From positions 1 through 51,917 of the forward strand of contig CALVQY010000003.1 of NCBI GenBank assembly GCA_944358355.1: a DNA stretch of 51,917 nt. Direction: 5' to 3'. Origin of the DNA: an uncultured Bacilli bacterium (lineage in GTDB: Bacteria; Bacillota_I; Bacilli_A; RF39; UBA660). Numbering within the stretch: position 1 is the first letter of the stretch; the number at the start of each line of letters is the position of its first letter. The position numbers and the translations under genes are program-made. The notes under the pieces are model-generated. The model did no database searches, was not told where the DNA came from, and saw only the letters and a program-made list of their open reading frames with translations. Shown in pieces: positions 1 through 7,475 of the stretch.

Positions 1-63
1 ATACACTATTGGTCGTACTTTTATATATACTTTTTCCTTATTTTTCAATGCCTTAACTAAAAC

Positions 64-87
64 TGTCCGTTACTCAGTGACAATACA
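64..87 (-). mobile_element. Possible IS3-family terminal inverted repeat at the window edge, interrupting folD
   Basis: Minus strand reads TGTATTGTCACTGAGTAACGGACA, fitting the TG-N3-TG-N12/13-(A/G)GACA pattern of IS3/IS150 ends. FolD homology stops here. No transposase is visible in the window. Confidence 0.35.
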
Positions 88-723
88 TCCATCACTCAAA
101 TCACTACTTTTAAAGAGATTATTAACACCTGTTGCACTTATCACAATATCACTGTTTTTTAATATATTAACTAAATCTCTAGTCTTAGAATGACACATCG
201 TAACAGTAGAGTTTTTATTTATTAAGTAATTTGCAAGAGGTCTAGATATATTATAACTTCTACCTATAACAGTAACATTCTTATCGCTTAAAGATATATT
301 ATAAAACTCTAATAGTCTTATGACAGCTAGAACTGTTGAATTAATTAATCTTGGTCTATTTATAGATAAGTAATATTGATTTAAATGATTAACACCATCT
401 ATATCTTTACTTTCATCAATCGTTTCATAACAAGTATATTTATCAATATTTTTAGGAATAGGTTCTACTAATAAAATACTATCTATATTTTTATCTTTAT
501 TTAATTCATTTATTAAGGAAGTAACTTCTAAAGTATTAGAATTATCTAGTTTGTAATGTCTAAAACATATATCTAAATCGAAACATTTATTTATTAGTAA
601 TTCACTATATTTAGATTTATTAAAAGTTATGATAGCAAGAGTTGGCTGTTTTTTCTTAATTTCTTTCTTTACTTTAGTTAATATTTCCTTTTCTAAAGTA
701 CTACATTCTAACACTCTATTCAT
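70..723 (-). pseudogene. folD: Methylenetetrahydrofolate dehydrogenase/cyclohydrolase, C-terminally truncated
   Basis: Motifs LNKDKNIDSILL, KDIDG, VIGRSYNISRP, TVTMCHSKT and DIVISATG. The ORF ends at GCIVTE* before the usual DVG...GD..TPVPGGVGP region. Confidence 0.75.
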
Positions 724-1840
724 GATTTTTTATCTCTCTTATCAAAAAGTCATCAGTCATACCAGCGATAAAATCAATTACTTGTCTTTTTATATTAGTA
801 GTTTCGATATATGTTTTATCTTGATGATTTAAAAAGATTTTGTAAATAATACTATCTTTATTGTTATACTTTATATCATTTAAGTAAATACTATATAATT
901 TATTAATACCTTTCTCATAGTAAGTACGTTCTTCTTCAGTCATTGAATGTTTATAGATATTTTCATTATTAAATTTCTTTAAAGCGAATAAAGCTTTATA
1001 AACTCTATCACTCATCTTAATATAAGGTTTATCTATACTTTCATTAATAATATCTAAGACAATGGTATTAACAATATCTCTATTATTATCACCTAATACA
1101 TCTCTTATTTCTTTAGGAATATCACTTCTTTTAAATCTATCTATCATAATAGCATCTTCTATATCTCTACCGATATATCCTATAATATCACTAATTCTAA
1201 CTACACAACCTTCTAAAGTCATAGGTCGATACTTTTTAGATTTTTCTAAATCTTTATAACTTTCATTGTACTCTCTTAAGAATTCCTTTTTATCTTTAGG
1301 CATAGGCTCATATATAGGGCTTAACATTTCTCCATTATGAGTCATAATACCATCTAATGTTTGAAGTGTTAGATTAAGACCTCTCCCATCAGTTGCCACA
1401 CTCATATAATATCTAACACCTTGAATATTATGAGCGAAATATTCTCCTAATTCTTTTAAAGATAATCTATTTAATATTGTCTCTCCTGCATGTCCTAAAG
1501 GTGTATGACCAATATCATGGCCTAAGGCAATGGCTTCTATTAGGTCTTCATTTAAGTTTAAAGCTCTACCTATTGTTCTTGCTATTTTACTAACTAACTG
1601 GACATGAGTAATTCTTCTACTGATGTGATCATTAAAGTTTAAAGTATAAACTTGAGTTTTATTTAGATACCTTGTATAGGATAAAGAGTGAATTATTCTA
1701 TCTATATCATGAAAAAATGGTGGTCTAATATCTTCATTTTCCTCTTTAAATCTAATAGCATCACTACTTTTAGTGGCATAATTACTTAAATCTTTCTCTT
1801 TTCTTAAAAAATTCTCTTTAGCTTTCTCAGAATTTTCCAT
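716..1840 (-). CDS. dgt: HD-domain deoxyguanosinetriphosphate triphosphohydrolase-like protein (dGTPase family)
   Basis: Motifs DIDRIIHS..Y..L..KTQV, RITH, ALGHDIGHTPLGHAGE, TLEGCVVRISDIIGY and DFIAGMTD. Confidence 0.85.
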   Translation of the reverse strand: MENSEKAKENFLRKEKDLSNYATKSSDAIRFKEENEDIRPPFFHDIDRIIHSLSYTRYLNKTQVYTLNFNDHISRRITHVQLVSKIARTIGRALNLNEDLIEAIALGHDIGHTPLGHAGETILNRLSLKELGEYFAHNIQGVRYYMSVATDGRGLNLTLQTLDGIMTHNGEMLSPIYEPMPKDKKEFLREYNESYKDLEKSKKYRPMTLEGCVVRISDIIGYIGRDIEDAIMIDRFKRSDIPKEIRDVLGDNNRDIVNTIVLDIINESIDKPYIKMSDRVYKALFALKKFNNENIYKHSMTEEERTYYEKGINKLYSIYLNDIKYNNKDSIIYKIFLNHQDKTYIETTNIKRQVIDFIAGMTDDFLIREIKNHE

Positions 1841-1847
1841 TTAATCA

Positions 1848-2261
1848 CTACTTTCCTGTATAATATTTTTTAGTTTTAATATTTCTCCTTTTCATCTTGA
1901 TAAAATTTTCAAAATTATCTTTTTTATAATACTTCATTTTTAATCCTTCGTTTAAATTTCTATAACATCTTAATTTTTCTTCTTCATTAAAAGTATAATA
2001 TTCAACTTTATTTTCTTCTTTAATATCATCTTCATTTAAATATAAACATTCATCATAGTTAATAATATTTAGTGTTCTATTTTCATCTTTTTTAGACTTT
2101 AAGATAGCAAAATTATTAAAGCCATCTAACTCTTCATAACCATTTTTAGTTTTAGATACAATTATCTTATCTAAAAATTCAAATTCAATATCTCCATAGC
2201 CCAAATCTTCTGCTATCATCATATATACTGGAACACAATAAAACTCTTTACTATTACTCAT
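1848..2261 (-). CDS. Hypothetical protein, distant paralogue of 2271-2693
   Basis: 137-aa ORF within the operon; N-terminal Y.VPVY...LD.I.V shared with its neighbour. Confidence 0.65.
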   Translation of the reverse strand: MSNSKEFYCVPVYMMIAEDLGYGDIEFEFLDKIIVSKTKNGYEELDGFNNFAILKSKKDENRTLNIINYDECLYLNEDDIKEENKVEYYTFNEEEKLRCYRNLNEGLKMKYYKKDNFENFIKMKRRNIKTKKYYTGK

Positions 2262-2270
2262 AATTACTTC

Positions 2271-2693
2271 TTAACCCCTTTTACTATTTTTTATTTTTTT
2301 TACTTTATCATTAACATTTTTTGTTTTTCTATTATTTACAGTCTTATATATACTATTAAAATTTGAACTATCAAAATTATCTACATAAAAATCTAAAAAA
2401 TCATCTGTTACTAGATTTTTTGGAATAAAAGCTTCTTTAAATGTAAATAATGCTACACCTCTATTTTGTTTCTTAGTCTCCAAAGTATTTCCTCTAGCTA
2501 GCTTCAACTTTAGACTATCATTATCTACCATATCTTTTGTTAAAATTTCTATATTGCAATATCCTGTTAAAAGCTCCTTAGCAAATAAATGATATGATGT
2601 TACAACAATTAAATCTAATACATTATAACTAACTAAATCATTTTGAAGTTCATATACTGGCACTTTATAATATCTAAACATTAGACTTCTCAC
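2271..2693 (-). CDS. Hypothetical protein
   Basis: 140-aa ORF overlapping the 3' end of the U32 gene; Lys-rich tail. Confidence 0.65.
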   Translation of the reverse strand: MRSLMFRYYKVPVYELQNDLVSYNVLDLIVVTSYHLFAKELLTGYCNIEILTKDMVDNDSLKLKLARGNTLETKKQNRGVALFTFKEAFIPKNLVTDDFLDFYVDNFDSSNFNSIYKTVNNRKTKNVNDKVKKIKNSKRG

Positions 2694-3870
2694 CCTTTCT
2701 AATTAATCTTATCATAGAATAAGGAATAAGTCTTCTATTAAATGGTAATTTTAATATTTCATCAGGATGTCTTGCTACATCAATTTTCTCATTATCTTCA
2801 TTATAGATAGTTTCTATTTTATAAGGATAAATCTCTCCACTAGGGGTAAATATTTCTACTTCATCACCTATTTTAAAGTAGTTACGTTCTTTTAAAATAA
2901 GAGATTTCATGTTTTCATCATAACCTATTATAAGTCCTAAATATTCTTGATTAGATACTTCTTGTCTTCCAGTATAGTACTGATCAGTTACATCTGCTAA
3001 GTGATTAAAGTACTGGGTTGTGGTATCACGATTAGCGACAGAGTCAAGACGTTTTTCATATTCTTTTAGTTTTTCATCTGTTAATGTTCCATTATAAATG
3101 CTATCTATTAAAAAACGATAACTGCCAATAACTGTGGCAAGATAATAAAGGCTTCTCATTCTTCCTTCTACTTTTAGAGAACTAACTCCAATATCTATTA
3201 AATCTTTAATGTACATTGCCATGTTTAAGTCTTTTGTAGCAAGGGTAAATTTATCAGTACTATCATAATCAAAGGCGAAGCGACATACTTGGGCACAACC
3301 ACCACGATTTGCATCTCTATTAGTAACATAATTAGATAAAGTACATCTTCCACTAAAACAAGTACACATTGCTCCATGAATAAAGACTTCTGTTTCTAGA
3401 TTAGGGATACTTGATATTTCTTTTATTTCTTCATGGGATAGTTCTCTTGCAAGTACTACTCTACTTGCTCCTAAATCACGATAAAATTTAGCACTGTCTA
3501 AATTTGTAATAGAGTCTTGTGTCGAAATATGAACTTCTACTGACTTAAAGTTATCTATTATATATTTAGCAAGATATAAATCACTGACGATAAAAGCATC
3601 AATACCACAGTCTATAACTTCTTTAATATATTCTTCCATACCTATTCTATCTTTATCATGAAAGACAATATTAGCGGTTAAATAGACACGTTTACCTAAG
3701 TTATGAGCGAAAGTACATCCCTCTTTTAATTCATCTAAACTAAAATTAGTAGCATTAGCCCTTAGTCCTAATTTTTCTCCTCCTACGTAAACAGCATCAG
3801 CTCCGTATAAAAGCACTACTTTAAGTCTTTCTAAATCTCCTGCTGGTGCTAGTAACTCTATTTTTTTCAT
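2674..3870 (-). CDS. Peptidase U32 family protein (YrrO/TrhP-like tRNA hydroxylation protein)
   Basis: Motifs ELLAPAG, YGADAVY, EVFIHGAMC...SGRC, NRGGCAQVCR and SLKVEGRMRS. Confidence 0.9.
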   Translation of the reverse strand: MKKIELLAPAGDLERLKVVLLYGADAVYVGGEKLGLRANATNFSLDELKEGCTFAHNLGKRVYLTANIVFHDKDRIGMEEYIKEVIDCGIDAFIVSDLYLAKYIIDNFKSVEVHISTQDSITNLDSAKFYRDLGASRVVLARELSHEEIKEISSIPNLETEVFIHGAMCTCFSGRCTLSNYVTNRDANRGGCAQVCRFAFDYDSTDKFTLATKDLNMAMYIKDLIDIGVSSLKVEGRMRSLYYLATVIGSYRFLIDSIYNGTLTDEKLKEYEKRLDSVANRDTTTQYFNHLADVTDQYYTGRQEVSNQEYLGLIIGYDENMKSLILKERNYFKIGDEVEIFTPSGEIYPYKIETIYNEDNEKIDVARHPDEILKLPFNRRLIPYSMIRLIRKGEKSNV

Positions 3871-3894
3871 AACAGCACTACCTTTCTCTTAATT

Positions 3895-4497
3895 TTATAT
3901 ATGAGTAGCAATAAAATCTAATACATCATCTTCATTTACTTTTATTAACTTCATATCTTCATCTGTCACATCTGTAAAATATTTATCTAGTTTTTTATAT
4001 TTAGAAATGGAATTCAAAGGATATCCAGGATTAATTTTATCACTCTTACTACTTACCATATAGAAATTATCTTTAGACCAACTATATGTAGCTTCTTCTC
4101 CTTTTTCATTAATAACTGCTAAACCATATATCCATTTACAGTTAATTTTACCATCTTTTCCATATTCTTTTACTAAGTTAGTATAATAATCAAGTGCTTC
4201 TTCATCAGTTAGGCTCTTACCATTTACACGTCTTACGAATAGTCCTGGCTGTTTTTCTTCAGGAACCCCTTCCATATATAGTGTATCATCCATACCCATA
4301 CAAGGCTTTTTTGTAAGTCTATAACACTCTCTTGCTTTTATTAAAGCATTTTCAATAGCGGTACTTCCATTTTCTTCTACATCTAATTTTATATCTATAT
4401 CTTTTAAAGATAGAACTTCTATTCCATGTTCCTTTAGTCCTCTACTAAATCTCTTTGATTTCGATTCATTTGAAGTTGCAAAAATAATTTGTTTCAT
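3895..4497 (-). CDS. Non-canonical purine NTP pyrophosphatase (Ham1/ITPase family)
   Basis: Motifs IIFATSN..K, VEENG.T..ENALIKA and DDTL......PG. Confidence 0.8.
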   Translation of the reverse strand: MKQIIFATSNESKSKRFSRGLKEHGIEVLSLKDIDIKLDVEENGSTAIENALIKARECYRLTKKPCMGMDDTLYMEGVPEEKQPGLFVRRVNGKSLTDEEALDYYTNLVKEYGKDGKINCKWIYGLAVINEKGEEATYSWSKDNFYMVSSKSDKINPGYPLNSISKYKKLDKYFTDVTDEDMKLIKVNEDDVLDFIATHI

Positions 4498-4509
4498 AAA
4501 TACTTCCTC

Positions 4510-5340
4510 CTACTTTACTTTATATATAGTCTCTCTATATAAGAACCCTCTATTATGTCCTGCTAATTCGTCTATTTTTGTTTTATTAAAATTAACAAAA
4601 GCTTTAATTAGTTCTTTATATTGATTACTACTAAATCCTCCTTGTTCTATAATTCCATAGTTAACACCAGAATCTTTTAATTCTTTATAAACATTACTTA
4701 AATTAAGACGTTTATTATAAAAGAAAGTTGTTCCATTGCTATCTTCTTTAACTAAAAACTCTTGCCCACTCTTAGGCTCTTTAATAGTTATTAAATCTTC
4801 TTTCGCTTTATTTTTATTTGCAAAATAACTAGTAAGTAAGCTTCTTCTAGACATAGCGACTACTGGATTACCAAGTAATAAAATAAATAAATCACTTTTA
4901 GTATTATGTCTAATATTAAGTACTTCATCTTTAGTTATTTCATTAGATAGATAGGCTCCTTTTACTCCTAAATCATAATACAAATTAATAGTATCACTGT
5001 TAGTGACCATATGAGTTCCATTATAGATTAAGTTAATAGTTAAATTATTCTCTTTGACTAAGGAGAGTACTGCTAAATCATAGAAGAAGACACCATCTAC
5101 TTTTATATTTTCTAGTTCTTTTAATATATTAAGTAAATCATCTAATTCATTATTAAATATCATTTTATTTATAACAACAAAACATAACTTATTACTTTTC
5201 TTATATTCTCTTATGTCAGAAATACTATAATAATTAAAATAGTCAACAGAAAAATTTTCTAATGGTAAGATGAGTCCATCTAAACTAGTATTTAAATATT
5301 CTAAATAATTATTATCTCTTATTACTCCTAATAACTTCAT
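4510..5340 (-). CDS. Peptidase U32 family protein (YrrN-like partner subunit)
   Basis: VDGVFFYD, LSNEIT and MSRRSLLTSY; lacks the Cys cluster, as YrrN does; lies near the YrrO-like gene. Confidence 0.75.
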   Translation of the reverse strand: MKLLGVIRDNNYLEYLNTSLDGLILPLENFSVDYFNYYSISDIREYKKSNKLCFVVINKMIFNNELDDLLNILKELENIKVDGVFFYDLAVLSLVKENNLTINLIYNGTHMVTNSDTINLYYDLGVKGAYLSNEITKDEVLNIRHNTKSDLFILLLGNPVVAMSRRSLLTSYFANKNKAKEDLITIKEPKSGQEFLVKEDSNGTTFFYNKRLNLSNVYKELKDSGVNYGIIEQGGFSSNQYKELIKAFVNFNKTKIDELAGHNRGFLYRETIYKVK

Positions 5341-5432
5341 AATATCAGTCCTTTACGTAACATATTTTAACACAAATAAGAGCAAAGAAAAAGAGACATC
5401 ATTAAGAAATATCTCTTCAAGTATAGTGGTAT

Positions 5433-7142
5433 CTAATTTATTACGTACGGACTACTAGCAGTCCCATCTCCAGACGTAAACCCGTTTTCAGTGGTCACAT
5501 TGATAACTGGACGCAAGGAAAGGTTACTGTTAAAAGCACCTAAATCTGCCAAAAAAGCATTTTCATAATACACTCTAACCATATTTTCATAGCCACCGTC
5601 TTCTGATGATGGTGTCATACTCCAATACCATAAAAATTCATTATCACCTGCAGTTAAATAACTATTACTTATAACTCCTCCAAAGCTTTCTCCTGCTAAT
5701 ACTAACTCATCTGCTGTTATTAATCCTGCTTTTAGTCTATATGAACCACCATAACTTTCACTTGTAGTAGGGCATTTTAAAGTCGGTGTCACATTTTCTT
5801 GCATTTCTAATCCCATCAATTTTCCAAATACTGAAGCTAATCTATCAAAACTTGCAAATACACTTCTTCCCATCATTGTTTCTTCTCTATATCCACTACT
5901 ATCACTACAGAATCTTCCACTACTTACTTTACTATCATAAATACTACTTCCTAAGGCATTTTTATACCAAGTATCTACTTCTCTTTTTATAAATGAATCT
6001 GTTCCATTATCGTAGGTATAACCTGCATACTTTGGATTATCATGCTCTAAATTATAGAAAGTATTCCCAACTGAATATGAATGTGCTAAATCACTATTAT
6101 CAGGGGTTGCACTTGTTCCATTATAGATTAATCTTAAGCTTCCATCTCCATTTACTCTTACTATCTTCCAGTACATCTTATCTCCTGCACTTGCTAACTT
6201 TACTTGAGTACATCCATCTTCATATCCAACATTAGCTTCCCTACAACTTTCTAGACTTTGATAATAAAGCCCATTATTTTCATATACATAATAATCACTT
6301 ACATATTCTCCAAATTGAACATTATTATTTGTTACCGCTCCCCTATAATAATAACTAACACCATCTTCATCATTCATACTATATAGTCCATTAGTCACTT
6401 GACTAGGTTCACTTCCATATTGAGGACCTTCCTCTGTAATTGATGCTATATAACTTCCATTACTTGCATAATTAAACATATTAGTTGTTTCTTCTTGTAA
6501 CTCATTATCTTCAAGTATCTTTTGTGTTGTCAATGGTACATATTTATCTCCTGCTTTTCCATACACATTTATTCTTACACTAAATGTTAATCCTCCTCCA
6601 TCTCCCTGGGGATTATAACTCTCATCTACATACATTCTTAGCCTATAATTATTAGATTCACTAGAGTTCATACTACTTGTATATAAACTCATCTCATTTA
6701 CTGGTCTTCCTGTATAATCATTAGCACTACTCTCTTCATTATATGTCTCAGGTACCATTAAAGCTTCTTCACTACCATCATCTGTTAATCTAATTAGATA
6801 TAACTTTATATATCTACCACCTATAGTATTACCATCTTCTTTTTTAGCACTTATCTCATAGTTGATATTTACATCACCTGTTATTTCACTACTTACACTA
6901 AAGTCAAAATACTCCCCTGGATTTAGTCTTACCATTCCAGTCTTATCAGTAGTTGGTAATGCTCCATTTAAACTTATTGTATTATCTGTTTCAGTATATG
7001 TCATTGTAATAGAACCTGTCGTTATAGAGTTTACTTTACTACCTGTTTTACTATAACTAAAGGCAGCATAACTTACTCCTATTATCGCTAGTATCATTAC
7101 TACTAACACTACTATTATTATAATATTTTCCTTTTTCTTCAT
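5433..7142 (-). CDS. Modular exported surface protein: SipW-type signal, TasA/CalY-like N-domain, variable C-terminal domain
   Basis: Signal ends GVSYA/AF. The first ~195 aa are strongly similar to 44359-45930. The C-terminal region has YYYRG, WKIVRVNGDGSLRLIY, GLITADE, YWSMTP, LRPVIN and GDGT...PY. Confidence 0.75.
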   Translation of the reverse strand: MKKKENIIIIVVLVVMILAIIGVSYAAFSYSKTGSKVNSITTGSITMTYTETDNTISLNGALPTTDKTGMVRLNPGEYFDFSVSSEITGDVNINYEISAKKEDGNTIGGRYIKLYLIRLTDDGSEEALMVPETYNEESSANDYTGRPVNEMSLYTSSMNSSESNNYRLRMYVDESYNPQGDGGGLTFSVRINVYGKAGDKYVPLTTQKILEDNELQEETTNMFNYASNGSYIASITEEGPQYGSEPSQVTNGLYSMNDEDGVSYYYRGAVTNNNVQFGEYVSDYYVYENNGLYYQSLESCREANVGYEDGCTQVKLASAGDKMYWKIVRVNGDGSLRLIYNGTSATPDNSDLAHSYSVGNTFYNLEHDNPKYAGYTYDNGTDSFIKREVDTWYKNALGSSIYDSKVSSGRFCSDSSGYREETMMGRSVFASFDRLASVFGKLMGLEMQENVTPTLKCPTTSESYGGSYRLKAGLITADELVLAGESFGGVISNSYLTAGDNEFLWYWSMTPSSEDGGYENMVRVYYENAFLADLGAFNSNLSLRPVINVTTENGFTSGDGTASSPYVIN

Positions 7143-7180
7143 CTTTCACTTTTCTCCTTTATTATTTTTCTCACACCATC

Positions 7181-7211
7181 AAAAAGAACAGAATAATACT
7201 ATCCTGCTCTT
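7181..7211 (-). terminator. Intrinsic terminator/attenuator hairpin of leader copy 1
   Basis: AAGAGCAGGATA-GTAT-TATTCTGTTCTT followed by TTT, about 40 nt upstream of the 7142 start codon. Confidence 0.75.
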
Positions 7212-7268
7212 ATATCATAATGAAAGAAAGTATTATTTAAACTACCATTCTGGTAATTTAAGCACCTT

Positions 7269-7379
7269 TTATGCCCCCCCCCAGGTAACACATTGTAAAC
7301 CTGAAGTTTTAGAAAAATGACGAATTAATTTACCCCAGAATTGACGATTTATTTTACCCTGATAAATTGAATTAGCCAT
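7269..7379 (-). CDS. Leader peptide uORF copy 1 (36 aa, ...GLQCVTWGGA*); the +1 frame extends to 7199 ending TFFHYDIRAG*
   Basis: SD AAGAAAGGAAG before the ATG; G9 tract at 7274-7282; homologous uORFs start at 28361 and 46087. Confidence 0.65.
   Translation of the reverse strand: MANSIYQGKINRQFWGKLIRHFSKTSGLQCVTWGGA
7274..7282 (-). repeat. G9 homopolymer tract in leader uORF
   Basis: ccccccccc on the + strand, in very AT-rich DNA. Confidence 0.95.
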
Positions 7380-7475
7380 ATCTACTACTTCCTTTCTTAT
7401 CTTTGTTAACTTAATCTTAACATATAATCATATCACATTACAAGTAACTTATTTGTATTTGTAACTTTCCTTATT

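Noticed and set aside
7316-7359. 24-bp imperfect tandem repeat within uORF copy 1 as a separate element
   Set aside because: It is an in-frame expansion of the leader peptide N-terminus and is treated as part of the leader.
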